A stretch of 64,000 nt of DNA from the NCBI GenBank assembly GCA_965242525.1, contig OZ251459.1:1824001-1888000 (forward strand). The letters are read 5' to 3'. Shown here one piece after another: positions 48,074-58,234 of this stretch. Position numbers and translations under genes: made by a program. The notes under the pieces were generated by a model. The model saw nothing but the letters and a program-made list of their open reading frames with translations, did not search any database and had not been told where the DNA came from. Every line of letters begins with the position of its first letter. Position 1 is the first letter of the stretch. This DNA is from an uncultured Candidatus Binatia bacterium (GTDB lineage: Bacteria > Desulfobacterota > Binatia > UBA9968 > JAJDTQ01).

Positions 48074-48832
48074 GTGGAACATGCCATCTTCGCCATGACC
48101 GTAGGCATCGCCGAGGACTGGCGCCGCTCCGGCATCATGCCGTGCGTGCGCAGCGACGAGGAGCGGGACCGCCCCGTCCCCTACATCATCTGGTGCATCG
48201 AGACCCCGGACGGCCCGGTGGTGGTGGACACCGCCTACCATCCCGACTACGTGACCGCGGAATGGGCCCAGGGGAACCAGTTCATGGAGCCGGCGCGGTT
48301 GCTGGGCGAGCTGGGCATACGCTCCGACGAGGTGGCCACGGTGGTGGTCACCCACTTCCACGTGGACCACTTCACCGGCTTCGACTTCTTCCCCAACGCC
48401 AGGTTCGTGGTCCAGAAGGACGAGTACGATTTCTGGACCGGCCCGATGATGCGCTTCGACTACCTGAACAAGCTGATCCGCCCCAAGGTGCGCCCGGCGC
48501 TCCAACGCCTGGTGGAGGAAGACCGCATGGTCCTGGTGGACGGGGACCACGAACTCGTTCCCGGAATCGAGTTGCTGAAGGCAGGCGGCCACACCCCCGG
48601 GTCGCAGATGGTGGCGGTGGAGACGGCCCGGGGCCGGGCGGTGCTGTGCGGCGACGTCGCCTACACCTACCGGAACCTGCGCGAACGGATCCCGGTGGGC
48701 TGGTACTTCGACCTGCCGGGCTCGGTGCTGGCCCTGGACCGGGCGCTTCGGACCGCGTCGCGCCCGGAGTTGTCGTTCCCCAACCACGACCCCGAGCTGA
48801 TGCAGGGCAAGAGGCTCCTCCGGGTCGCCTGA
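48074..48832 (+). CDS. MBL-fold hydrolase (AHL-lactonase-like)
   Basis: VVDT, THFHVDH, GHTPGSQ, GDV, NHDP; AAGGAG RBS. Confidence 0.85.
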   Translation: MEHAIFAMTVGIAEDWRRSGIMPCVRSDEERDRPVPYIIWCIETPDGPVVVDTAYHPDYVTAEWAQGNQFMEPARLLGELGIRSDEVATVVVTHFHVDHFTGFDFFPNARFVVQKDEYDFWTGPMMRFDYLNKLIRPKVRPALQRLVEEDRMVLVDGDHELVPGIELLKAGGHTPGSQMVAVETARGRAVLCGDVAYTYRNLRERIPVGWYFDLPGSVLALDRALRTASRPELSFPNHDPELMQGKRLLRVA

Positions 48833-49617
48833 TGGAACTCCGGCACGCCCTCACCGTGGCGCAGGAGGCGACCCGCCGGGCCGGCGCCGCCATCCTTTCC
48901 TACTACACGTCCCGATACGCCGTCCGCCACAAGAGCGGGGGCAACCCCGTGACCACGGCCGACATCGAGGCCAACACGGTCTTGCGGGAAGCGCTGCTCG
49001 GAGCGTTCCCCGAGTCCGGCTGGCTGTCGGAAGAGTCGCCGGACGACGGCGAGCGGCTGCGGAAGGAATGGGTGTGGATCGTGGACCCGCTGGACGGCAC
49101 CCGGGAGTTCATCCAGGGGATCGACGAGTTCGCCCTGTCCGTCGCGCTGGTGCACGGCGCCGCGCCGGTGCTGGCGGTGACCTACAACCCGGCCGCGGGG
49201 CGCCTGACCCATTGCCTCCGGGGCTCCGGCGCCTTCCTGAACGGGCGGCCCGTGCGGGTGTCGGAGCGCTCGCGGCTACGGGGGGCCACCGCGGTGGCCA
49301 GCCGGAGCGAGACCCGGAGGGGACTCATCCACGGGCTCGACGAGATCCTGTCCATCAGGCCCACCGGGAGCATCGCCCACAAGCTCGCGGAGGTGGCCGG
49401 CGGCCGCGCCGACGTGACCTTGAGCCTCGCGCCGAAGAACGAGTGGGACGTGTGCGCGGGAGTGCTGTTGGCGGAGGAAGCCGGCGCCAAGGTCACCGAC
49501 CTGGACGGGAGTCCCTTCTCGTTCAACCAGCCCGACACCCTGCGCAACGGGGTCATCGCCGCCAACCCGTCGCTCTACCCCGAGCTGTTCCGGCTCGTGG
49601 CCTCGCGCAGGTCGTGA
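48832..49617 (+). CDS. cysQ: 3'(2'),5'-bisphosphate nucleotidase
   Basis: PVTTAD, LSEE, WIVDPLDGTREF, EWDVCAG. Confidence 0.85.
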   Translation: MELRHALTVAQEATRRAGAAILSYYTSRYAVRHKSGGNPVTTADIEANTVLREALLGAFPESGWLSEESPDDGERLRKEWVWIVDPLDGTREFIQGIDEFALSVALVHGAAPVLAVTYNPAAGRLTHCLRGSGAFLNGRPVRVSERSRLRGATAVASRSETRRGLIHGLDEILSIRPTGSIAHKLAEVAGGRADVTLSLAPKNEWDVCAGVLLAEEAGAKVTDLDGSPFSFNQPDTLRNGVIAANPSLYPELFRLVASRRS

Positions 49618-49621
49618 CCGG

Positions 49622-49849
49622 TCACGGGCCGGCGACGTCCCGGAGCAGTTCCCGGGCCGCCTCGGCCTCTTCCTCCGGCACCTGGACCACCGCGGCAACG
49701 CCCGCGGCGCCCAGGCCGCCCCACACCGGCAACAGGGTCAGCGCCGATTCACCCTGGACCACGTAGCTCAGGCCGGCGCCGTCCAGGACCGACTTGACCA
49801 CCGCCAGGGTGGAGACGTCCGCGGTGCGGAACACGTCGGCATAAGCCAT
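49622..49849 (-). CDS. DUF2007-like small protein
   Basis: VKSVLD.AG....V.GE...V.VPEE.AE.ARELL; GAGG RBS. Confidence 0.7.
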   Translation of the reverse strand: MAYADVFRTADVSTLAVVKSVLDGAGLSYVVQGESALTLLPVWGGLGAAGVAAVVQVPEEEAEAARELLRDVAGP

Positions 49850-49871
49850 GGATCACCTCGGTTCACGGCAG

Positions 49872-50058
49872 GGAACGTCTGACCGATCGAGACAGGGGAG
49901 GCATGAGCGCGTCCTTCGACTTCGCTTCGCTACGCTCAGGACGAACGGGGACAGGAGCCGCCGCGCCATCTCGGACAGTCCCATGCTCGGGAGGAACGGG
50001 GGTGGGATGGTCGGGGTGAGGGAATCCATCCTCCATGTTTCGATCGTTCAGACGTTCC
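49872..50058. mobile_element. MITE copy with variant TIRs
   Basis: GGAACGTCTGACCGATCG...CGATCGTTCAGACGTTCC; REP core inside; both ends carry complementary changes relative to the 27690 copy. Confidence 0.75.
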
Positions 50059-50093
50059 GTGTGACGAACGTAGCGGTCGCCGGGCCAGACGGT

Positions 50094-50834
50094 TCACGGG
50101 AGCGGCCCCCGGTCCAGTCCGCAAAGGTCGGGGACCGCCTCGGGTCCGGCGATGTCCAGCACCATCCGGGTCACCGAGATGCTGCCTCCCATGCAGACGT
50201 CCACGTCCCTGCCGGGTTGCCGCGGGCGCTCGTGGTATTCCCCCTGGTAGTGGAACGCGTCCCCTTCGTTCCGGTACGCCACGCCGAGGGGCCCGGTATC
50301 GAGGGCGCACGCCACCACTCCCGCGTGGTCGCCGGACACCAGGTGCGGCAGGTTCACGTTCCAGAACTCGCCCTGGGCCAAATCGAAGGCCAGGAGCCGC
50401 TGCAACAGCGGCGCCGCCCTGCGGCACACCGCATCCCAGTCCAGTTCCCGGCCCTTGGCGACGTACTGGGAGACGGCCGCGGCGCGGCGACCCAGCAGCG
50501 CGGCCTCCCGGGCCGCGGCCACGGTGCCCGAGGTGTAGATGTCCGCGCCCAGGTTGGCGCCCCGGTTCACCCCTGACAGCACCCACGACGCATCCGGCGC
50601 GAGCTCGGTGAGCCCGATCCGCACGCAGTCCGCGGGGCTCCCCTGAACGCTGTATCGTCCCGCGTCCACTTGCTCCACAGGGATGGGCCGGTCCGTGGTC
50701 ACCCGGTGGCCCACGCCGGACTGCCCTTCCGCGGGCGCCGCCACGACGGTCTCGGCCCACTCCCGCACCGCGCGTTCCAGCACGTGCAGGCCGGGGGCGT
50801 CGAACCCGTCGTCGTTGGTCAGCAACAGTTTCAC
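50094..50834 (-). CDS. surE: 5'/3'-nucleotidase SurE
   Basis: LLTNDDG..APG, QSG, GSPADCV, SGVNRGAN.G..IYTSGTVAAA. Confidence 0.95.
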   Translation of the reverse strand: MKLLLTNDDGFDAPGLHVLERAVREWAETVVAAPAEGQSGVGHRVTTDRPIPVEQVDAGRYSVQGSPADCVRIGLTELAPDASWVLSGVNRGANLGADIYTSGTVAAAREAALLGRRAAAVSQYVAKGRELDWDAVCRRAAPLLQRLLAFDLAQGEFWNVNLPHLVSGDHAGVVACALDTGPLGVAYRNEGDAFHYQGEYHERPRQPGRDVDVCMGGSISVTRMVLDIAGPEAVPDLCGLDRGPLP

Positions 50835-50860
50835 GTGCTCGTCTCTTTCCGCAAGGATGG

Positions 50861-51047
50861 CGTCCTTCGACTTCGCTTCGCTACGCTCAGGACGAACGGA
50901 GTTTCTCGCTTCGCTCGGGAGGAATGGGAATCTCCGCTTTGCTCAGGGGTTTCTCGCTTCGCTCGGGAATGGGAATCTCCACTTCGCTCAGGGATGGATT
51001 CCCGCTTTCGCGGGAATGACGGGGCAGGCGTCTGCGGAGCAATGACC
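50861..51047. repeat. Composite REP mosaic (BIME-like)
   Basis: REP core, two ~48-bp tandem units (gtttctcgcttcgctcggga...gctcaggg), then ggattcccgctttcgcgggaatgac. Confidence 0.75.
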
Positions 51048-51114
51048 GCGTGACCCTTTTCGCTCCCCCTTCTCTCCTACCTTACTTACCCACTCGAAAG
51101 CCGGAAAGGTTCCT

Positions 51115-52815
51115 CTACATTCGTTCCAGCGGCCGGATGCCGAGGATGACGAGGCCGCTCCGGAGCACCTGCTTCACCGCGGTGAGCAGCCGCAGCCGCG
51201 CCTGCGCCTTGCCCGTTTCCTCGCCCTTGACCCGCAGTACGGCGTAGCTTGCGTGCAGCGCCCGGGCCAGCTCCAGCAGGTAGTTGGCCAGCACCGAGGG
51301 TTCGTACAGGCGCCCCGTCTCCCGGACCGCGTCGGGGTAGCGGGCCACCAGGCCCACCAGCCGATGGGCCTCGGGCTCCACCAGCGGGGCCAGGTCGGCA
51401 TGGGGGTCCGGGACCAACCCGCAGTTGCGCAGGATGCCGGCGATGCGGGCATGGGCGCTCATGAGGTAGGGGCCGGTGTCGCCGTCGAAGGAGATGGCCA
51501 AGTCCCAATCGAAGCGGTAGTCCTTGATGCGCTGCTTGGACAGGTCGGCGAAGAATATGGCGGCGATGCCCACCGCCTCGGCCACGGTCTCCTCGTCCTC
51601 GACTTCCATCTTCTTCTCGATCCGCTCGCGCATGTACGCCAGGGCCCGGTGGCGGGCCTCGTCCAGCAACTCCTCCAGGTAGATGACGTTGCCCTTGCGG
51701 GTGGACATGCCCTGGACGAGACCGAAGTTCACGTGCACGCAGTCCTCGGACCACTCGTGCCCCAGCATCTTCAACACCGCGAAGAGCTGCCGGAAATGCA
51801 GCGCCTGGCCGCTGGCCACCACATAGACGATGCGGTCGCACCCGTAAGTCTCGCGCCGGTATTCGGCCGCGGCCAGGTCCCGGGTCAGGTACAGGGTGGC
51901 GCCGTCGGCCTTCTCCAGCAAGGCCGGCGTCTCGATGCCTTCCCCCGACAGGTCGATGACGAGGGCGCCGTCGGAGACCGCTGCCAGGCCCTTGTCCCGG
52001 GCCTCCCGGATGACCGCGGCCATCCTGTCGTTGAAGAACGACTCCCCCGTGTAGGAATCGAACCGGACGCCCAGCCGCTGGTAGATGCGCTTGAAGTAGT
52101 CGAGGCTGGTGTCACGGATGCGGCCCCAGAGCGCCAACGCCTCCCGGTCCCCGGCCTCCTGGCGGCGGAACCACTCCCGGGCTTCCTCCACCAACTCCGG
52201 GTCGCCGTCCGCGGCCTCGTGGAACCGCACGTACACGCGGTTGAGCTTCGCCAGGTCGTTCTCGTCGCCGGGCTGGCCGAACCGTTTGAGACCGGCGATC
52301 TGCCGGCCGAACTGGGTGCCCCAGTCCCCCACGTGGTTGATGCCCACCACCTCGTAGCCCAGGGCTTCGAACGTGCGCACCAGGGCGCCGCCGATGATCG
52401 TAGAGCGCAGGTGGCCCACGTGGAAGGGCTTGGCGATGTTCGGGGAGGAGTAGTCGATGACGATGGTCTCGCCGGCGCCGTCCTCGCAACGGCCGTAGTC
52501 CTCGCCCGCGGACGCGGCTTCGCCCAGCACCGCGCGGGCGAACCGGGAGCGGTCCACCCACAGGTTCACGTACCCGCCCAAGGCCTCGGCGCCGCACAGC
52601 AGGTCCAGGTCCGCGGAGGCCTTCTCGGCGATCTCCCGCGCGATGACCGGGGGCGCCTTGCGCAGCTTCTTGGCCAGCGTGAAGCAGGGGAAGGCGAATT
52701 CGCCCATGTCCGGCCTGGGGGGGACCTCCAGCAACCGGCCTACGGTCTCCGGGTCCAACTCCGCGTGCCGGGCGATGACCCGGACCGCCTCGCCGCGGAA
52801 ATCCTCCGACTTCAT
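51115..52815 (-). CDS. argS: Arginine--tRNA ligase
   Basis: DYSSPNIAKPFHVGHLRST, GDWGTQFG, YLTRDLA, MSTRKG, GDTGPY, ERM terminus. Confidence 0.96.
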   Translation of the reverse strand: MKSEDFRGEAVRVIARHAELDPETVGRLLEVPPRPDMGEFAFPCFTLAKKLRKAPPVIAREIAEKASADLDLLCGAEALGGYVNLWVDRSRFARAVLGEAASAGEDYGRCEDGAGETIVIDYSSPNIAKPFHVGHLRSTIIGGALVRTFEALGYEVVGINHVGDWGTQFGRQIAGLKRFGQPGDENDLAKLNRVYVRFHEAADGDPELVEEAREWFRRQEAGDREALALWGRIRDTSLDYFKRIYQRLGVRFDSYTGESFFNDRMAAVIREARDKGLAAVSDGALVIDLSGEGIETPALLEKADGATLYLTRDLAAAEYRRETYGCDRIVYVVASGQALHFRQLFAVLKMLGHEWSEDCVHVNFGLVQGMSTRKGNVIYLEELLDEARHRALAYMRERIEKKMEVEDEETVAEAVGIAAIFFADLSKQRIKDYRFDWDLAISFDGDTGPYLMSAHARIAGILRNCGLVPDPHADLAPLVEPEAHRLVGLVARYPDAVRETGRLYEPSVLANYLLELARALHASYAVLRVKGEETGKAQARLRLLTAVKQVLRSGLVILGIRPLERM

Positions 52816-52928
52816 GGCGCCGCCGGCCCCGGGGGCTTGCCGTTTCCCATGGGCCGAGTCTAGCACAAAGCCGCGGGCATGAGCAGGGAGGCCCCGCGGA
52901 CGGGCCGGCGTTTCCGAAGGAGGCGGGG

Positions 52929-53984
52929 TCAGGACGCGGGCGGCGCAGGCCGGAACGCGGGGGCCACGCGCCGGCGGAAGCGCTCCATGGACGCGAGCAC
53001 TTCCCGTTGGCCCAGGCCGCCGAAATGGAAGCAGAGCCCCACGTGCGTGGGACCCACCACGTCCCGTATGAGCTCCAGGTGCCGGATGCAGGTCTCGGGT
53101 CCTCCGAACACCGCCCGGCTGTCCTGCACCATGGCGTCGTAGGACAGCCGTTCGTGGACCTTGTCCAGCATGGGCGCCCGTGCGGGGTCCATGCGGATTT
53201 CCTCCAACGCGAACCCGCGCCAGCGATGCCACGCGTCCTCCGCCTGGTCCCGGGCCTGCCGGTCGGTCTCGCCCACGTAGGCCGGGTACATGACGAACAC
53301 GTCGTGGTCCTCTTCCGAGTACCCCGCGTCCCTCAGGCTGTCGAGGTAGATCTCGATGCGCGGCCGCTGCTCGGCGTTCCCGGTGATCCACGGGAGGGTC
53401 ATCAGGTTGTAGCCGTAGCGTCCGATCATGCGGAAGTTGTCCGGCTCCTTGTTGGCCGGCACGTAGATGGGCGGGTGCGGCTGCTGGGCAGGCTTGGGCC
53501 GCACCGTCAACCCGCGGTAGCGGTAGTGCTCCCCCTCCCAGTCCAGGGTCTCCTGGGTCCAGGCCATGCGAATGACCCGGAGGGCCTCCTCCAGCCGCGC
53601 CTGCGCGGTGTCCCAGTCCCGCTCGAACACCTCGTACTCGGCGACGCTCATGCCGCGCCCGGCGCCGAAGTTCAGGCGTCCGCCGCAGAGCAGGTCCAGC
53701 ATGGCGAAATCCTCGGCGACCTGGATGGGATGGTGGATGGGCACCAGCGACACCGCGGAACCGAGCCGGAGCCGCCGGGTCCGCTGGGAGGCCGCGGACA
53801 GCAGCATCTGCGGGCTGGGCATCATGCCGCCGAACAGGCGGAAGTGGTGCTCGGTGACCCAGAGGCTGTCGAACCCCAGGTCCTCCGCGGCGTCGATCTG
53901 CTCCAGCCAGCGGGCGTAGAGGTCCCGGGAATCGCCGTCCAGCTCCGGCACGTAGGTATTGAGCAGGTAATATCCGAACTTCAT
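52929..53984 (-). CDS. LLM-class flavin-dependent oxidoreductase
   Basis: AEDLGFDSLWVTEHHF, HPIQVAED...D....GR, PKP.QQPHPP. Confidence 0.9.
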   Translation of the reverse strand: MKFGYYLLNTYVPELDGDSRDLYARWLEQIDAAEDLGFDSLWVTEHHFRLFGGMMPSPQMLLSAASQRTRRLRLGSAVSLVPIHHPIQVAEDFAMLDLLCGGRLNFGAGRGMSVAEYEVFERDWDTAQARLEEALRVIRMAWTQETLDWEGEHYRYRGLTVRPKPAQQPHPPIYVPANKEPDNFRMIGRYGYNLMTLPWITGNAEQRPRIEIYLDSLRDAGYSEEDHDVFVMYPAYVGETDRQARDQAEDAWHRWRGFALEEIRMDPARAPMLDKVHERLSYDAMVQDSRAVFGGPETCIRHLELIRDVVGPTHVGLCFHFGGLGQREVLASMERFRRRVAPAFRPAPPAS

Positions 53985-53994
53985 GATCCGAACT

Positions 53995-55305
53995 TCACGC
54001 CGCTCCTTCCCTTTCGGCGTCCTCCGAACCGGGTCCCGGCCGGTCGTGCCGGCGCTCATCCCGGTCCCGCGGCCCCTGGTCCTCCAGCTTCTTCCGCAAC
54101 GCGCCCAGCGCCGGTTCGATGGGCGCCAGTTCGTCCAGCGCCACCGCCACGCTGCCCACCTGCTTCAAGCCGTTGCCGGTGACGTTGCACACCACCGTGT
54201 CGCCGCCCTCGATGACGCCCTCCTGCCGGAGGCGCACCGCCGCGGCCAGGGAGGCGGCCGCGGACGGCTCGGCGAAGATGCCGGCGAGGCGGCCCAGCAG
54301 GCCCTGCGCCGCGAGGATCTCCTGGTCCGTCAACGCCACCCCGGCGCCGTTGCTGGCGCGCACCGCGCGCAGCGCCCGCAGCCCCAGGGCCCTTGGGTCC
54401 CCCACCTGGATGCTCTCGGCCACGGTGGGGCCGGCCGCCACCGGCTCCACCGTGGCGCTGCCGTTCTCCAACGCGGCCACGATGGGCGCCGCGGCCCGGC
54501 TCTGGGCCGCCACGAGCCGGGGGAACCGATGGGCCCAGCCGAGCCCGTGCAACTCCCGGTACCCCTTCCACATGGCCGCCAGGCCCGCGCCTCCCGCGGT
54601 GGGATGCACGATCCAGTGGGGCACGTGCTCGTCCATCTGGTCGAAGAGTTCGAAGGCGTAGGACTTCTTGCCTTCGTTGCGGTACGGGTTGCTGGACAGG
54701 CAGTCGTACCAGCCGAACTCCCGCACCGCTTCGCGGTAGAACGCGCCCATGTGGTCGAGGCTCGCCGCGGCCACGACCACCACGGTGGCGCCGCAGGCGT
54801 AGGCCTGGGTCACCTTGGCCCGGTCCGTGCCCGCGGGGACCATCACGACGCTGCGCAAGCCCGCGGCCGCGGCGTACGCGGCCACCGAAGCCGCGGCGTT
54901 GCCCGTGGACGGCACGGAGACGGTATCGAAGCCCAGCTCCACCGCCCGGGAGATCCCCACGGTGTTGCTGCGGTCCTTGAGGGACCCCGAAGGGAGCAGC
55001 GTGTCGTTCTTGACGTAGAGCCGCGGCATCCCCAGGCGCTCGCCCAACCGTCGGCAACGCACCAACGGGGTATAGCCTTCGCCCAGGGACACCACCGAGC
55101 CCCGGCGCTTCACCGGGAAGAAGTCGAACCAGCGCCAGAGGGTTTCGTCACGGCTGGCGCGCACGTCGCGCAGGTGGGAGCGGGTGAGGCCCGCCAGGTC
55201 CATGCGGACCTCCAGCACGCCGCCGCAGTCGCCGCACGCGAAGGTGCGGTCGGCCGCCGCCTCCCAGCCGCACTGGGGGCAACTCAACCCGGCGATCCTG
55301 CCCAT
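53995..55305 (-). CDS. thrC: Threonine synthase (Zn-ribbon type)
   Basis: CPQC..CGDCGG, LGEGYTPL, PSGSLKDR, STGNAA, EGKK, EPSAA, TGNGLK. Confidence 0.8.
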   Translation of the reverse strand: MGRIAGLSCPQCGWEAAADRTFACGDCGGVLEVRMDLAGLTRSHLRDVRASRDETLWRWFDFFPVKRRGSVVSLGEGYTPLVRCRRLGERLGMPRLYVKNDTLLPSGSLKDRSNTVGISRAVELGFDTVSVPSTGNAAASVAAYAAAAGLRSVVMVPAGTDRAKVTQAYACGATVVVVAAASLDHMGAFYREAVREFGWYDCLSSNPYRNEGKKSYAFELFDQMDEHVPHWIVHPTAGGAGLAAMWKGYRELHGLGWAHRFPRLVAAQSRAAAPIVAALENGSATVEPVAAGPTVAESIQVGDPRALGLRALRAVRASNGAGVALTDQEILAAQGLLGRLAGIFAEPSAAASLAAAVRLRQEGVIEGGDTVVCNVTGNGLKQVGSVAVALDELAPIEPALGALRKKLEDQGPRDRDERRHDRPGPGSEDAEREGAA

Positions 55306-55312
55306 GACTCCT

Positions 55313-58207
55313 TCAACCCGCGCCTTCCCGGACGCCTTCCCACAGGACTTCCACCGGATGGAGCGCCCGGCGGCCGGTGAGGTGCTCGATCTGCTGCCGG
55401 CAGGAGATGCCGGAAGCGACCACGCGCACGTCCTCCGCCGCGGCCTCCACCGCGGGCGCCAGGCGGCGGGAGGCGATGGCCACGGACACGTCGTAGTGCT
55501 CCTTCTCGAAGCCGAAGGAACCGGCCATGCCGCAGCAGCCGGAATCCACCTCCCGGACTTCGTGGCCGGCGTCGCGCAGGACCGAGACCGTGGGCGCCAT
55601 ACCCACCAGCGCCTTCTGGTGGCAGTGGCCGTGGAGCAGCACCGGCGGCCTCGGACCGGAGCCGTCCCGCAGCGAGGCCGCCACGTCCTCCTGCATCAGC
55701 AGTTCCTCCATGAGCAGGGTCCGGCCCGCCAGCAGGCGCGCCGGCTCGCTGCGCAGGAGGTCGGGGTACTCGTCCCGCAGGGTGAGGATGCAGGACGGCT
55801 CCAGTCCCACCACCGGAACCCCCTGCTCCACGTGGGGCAGCAGCCTGGCCACGTTCCAGGCGGCGTAGTCCCTGGCCTCGTCCAGCATCCCCTTGGAGAT
55901 GGCCGGCCGGCCGCAACACCGCCGGGGCACGGTCATCACGCGGTAGCCCAGGTGCTCCAGCAGGCGCGTGGCCGCCACCGCCACCTCGGGCGTGTTGTAG
56001 GTGTTGAAGGTGTCGTGGAACAGGATCACCGAGCCGCGGGCGCCGCTGCCCGCGGGTTCGTGCTTCTTCCACCATCCCTCGAAGTTGCTCCGCGCAAAGC
56101 TCGGCAGCGGGCGCCTCCGGTCGATGCCGAGGAAACGGTCCAGGAGCCAGCGGTGGACGAAGTTCCCGTTCACCCGGTTGACGATGGGCGCCAGCCGGGA
56201 GCCCCAGCGGCTCAGGGCGCCGATGCGCCCGAAGAGGCGGCCCCGGAGCGGGACCCCGTGCACCCGCTGGTAGTGGTGGAGGAACTCGTACTTGAGCTTG
56301 GCCATGTCCACGTTGGAGGGGCATTCCGCCTTGCAGCCCTTGCACTCCAGGCAGAGGTCCAGCACCTGGTGCAGGCGCTCGCCGGTGAACTCCGAACGCG
56401 GGACCTTGCCGGACAGCACCGCGCGAAGGGCGGTGGCGCGGCCCCGGGTCGAGTGCTCCTCTTCCAGCGTGGCCATGTAGGACGGGCACATGGTGCCGCC
56501 CAGGGTCTTCCGGCACGCGCCGGTGCCGTTGCACATCTCCACCGCGGCCACGAAGCCCCCCTGGTCGCCGAAGTCCAGCACGGTGTCGGGTTGCCAGGTC
56601 TTGTAGGAGGGGCCGAAGCGCAGCGACTCGGTCATGGGCGGCGCGTCCACGATCTTGCCGGGGTTCAGCAGGCGCTGGGGGTCGAACAGGTGCTTGACCT
56701 TGCGGAACTCCTGGTACAGCTCGGGGCCGAAGAGCTTCTCGTTCAGGTGGCTCCGGGCCAGGCCGTCGCCGTGCTCGCCGGACATGGCGCCGCCGAACTC
56801 CATCACCAGGTCGGAGATCTGCCGGGAGATCTCGGTCATCTTGCGGACCTCGCCGGCCTCCTTCAGGTTGATGAACGGGCGGATGTGCATGCAGCCCACG
56901 GAGCAGTGGCCGTAGTACCCGGCGCGCACCCCGTGGCCCGCGAGGACCTCGCGGAACCGCTTGATGAACTCCGGCAGCTTCACCGGGTCCACCGCGGTGT
57001 CCTCCACGAACGCGATGGGCTTCTTCTCTCCCTTGACGCCCAGCAACAGCCCCAGGCCCGCCTTGCGCACCCCCCAGATCTGCTGGACCTCCCGCGGCTC
57101 GTACGCGAGGGAGGCGGCATAGCCCATGTTCTCGCGCTTGCGCAGGACTTCCAGCTTGTCGATCTTGTCCCGGACCTCCTCGGCCGTGTCGCCGTCGTAC
57201 TCCACCATGAGGATGGCGTCCGGGTCCCCCTGGACGAAGCCCAGGCGCTTGGACTGTTCGATGTTGCCCCGGGCCAGGTCCAGTATGGGCTTGTCGGTCA
57301 ACTCCATGGCGTAGGGGCTGGTGGCGAGTATGGCTTCCGACACGGCCAGGGCGTCCTGGAGGTCGTGGAAGTGGAGCACGTCCAGGGCCGTGTGGGGAGG
57401 TTTGGGCACCAGGCGCATACGCGCCTCCACCACGCACGCGAGGGTGCCCTCGGACCCCACCACCAGCCGCGAGAGGTTGAACGGCTGGTCCTTGGCGAAC
57501 TCGTCCAGGTTGTAGCCCGAGACCCGCCTCATGAGCTTGGGATAGCGCTCGGCGATGATCCCCCGGGCCGACTCCACCAGCCGCGGAAGCTGTTGGTAGA
57601 TCCGGCTCTCCAGCCCCCTCCCCGCCTGCTTGAAGGCGAGCGCGTCGTCCGAGAGGTCGGTGAGCACGGCCTCGCTCCCGTCCGCCAGGAGCACCGTCAG
57701 CTCCAGCACGTGGTCCAGGGTCTTGCCATAGACCACCGAGTGGGCCCCCGCGGAGTTGTTGCCGATCATGCCTCCCAGGGTGGCCCGGTTGGAGGTGGAG
57801 GTGTCGGGACCGAAGAGCATCCCCAGGGGCGCCGCGTGGGCGTTCAGGGCGTCCTGCACCAGTCCCGGCTGCACCCGGCACCACAGTTCCTCCCGGTTCA
57901 CCTCCAGCACCCGGTTCATGTACTTGGAGAAGTCCATGACGATGGCGTGGCCCACCGTCTGGCCCGCCAGCGACGTGCCCCCGCCCCGGGCCAGCACCGG
58001 AACCCGGTGTCGGTTGGCCACCTCCATCACCGCCTGGACGTCGCCCTTGTGGCGGGGAACGACCACGCCTATCGGGTCCGCCTGGTAGATGGAGGCGTCC
58101 GTGGAGTAGAGCAGTCGGGAGTAGGCGTCGAACCGGACCTCGCCCTCCACCCGCTTGCGGAGCTCGGCCTCGGTGTCCCGGTAGTCCTGTGAACCGTCAC
58201 GCGCCAT
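55313..58207 (-). CDS. FAD-binding and (Fe-S)-binding oxidoreductase (YdiJ-like)
   Basis: YSTDAS, RGGGTS, GSEGTL, GEHGDG, CNG.GAC, CLECKGC..ECP, CCG motifs. Confidence 0.92.
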   Translation of the reverse strand: MARDGSQDYRDTEAELRKRVEGEVRFDAYSRLLYSTDASIYQADPIGVVVPRHKGDVQAVMEVANRHRVPVLARGGGTSLAGQTVGHAIVMDFSKYMNRVLEVNREELWCRVQPGLVQDALNAHAAPLGMLFGPDTSTSNRATLGGMIGNNSAGAHSVVYGKTLDHVLELTVLLADGSEAVLTDLSDDALAFKQAGRGLESRIYQQLPRLVESARGIIAERYPKLMRRVSGYNLDEFAKDQPFNLSRLVVGSEGTLACVVEARMRLVPKPPHTALDVLHFHDLQDALAVSEAILATSPYAMELTDKPILDLARGNIEQSKRLGFVQGDPDAILMVEYDGDTAEEVRDKIDKLEVLRKRENMGYAASLAYEPREVQQIWGVRKAGLGLLLGVKGEKKPIAFVEDTAVDPVKLPEFIKRFREVLAGHGVRAGYYGHCSVGCMHIRPFINLKEAGEVRKMTEISRQISDLVMEFGGAMSGEHGDGLARSHLNEKLFGPELYQEFRKVKHLFDPQRLLNPGKIVDAPPMTESLRFGPSYKTWQPDTVLDFGDQGGFVAAVEMCNGTGACRKTLGGTMCPSYMATLEEEHSTRGRATALRAVLSGKVPRSEFTGERLHQVLDLCLECKGCKAECPSNVDMAKLKYEFLHHYQRVHGVPLRGRLFGRIGALSRWGSRLAPIVNRVNGNFVHRWLLDRFLGIDRRRPLPSFARSNFEGWWKKHEPAGSGARGSVILFHDTFNTYNTPEVAVAATRLLEHLGYRVMTVPRRCCGRPAISKGMLDEARDYAAWNVARLLPHVEQGVPVVGLEPSCILTLRDEYPDLLRSEPARLLAGRTLLMEELLMQEDVAASLRDGSGPRPPVLLHGHCHQKALVGMAPTVSVLRDAGHEVREVDSGCCGMAGSFGFEKEHYDVSVAIASRRLAPAVEAAAEDVRVVASGISCRQQIEHLTGRRALHPVEVLWEGVREGAG

Positions 58208-58234
58208 GGGCAGTTCTCCTCGGGGTTCCCTATA

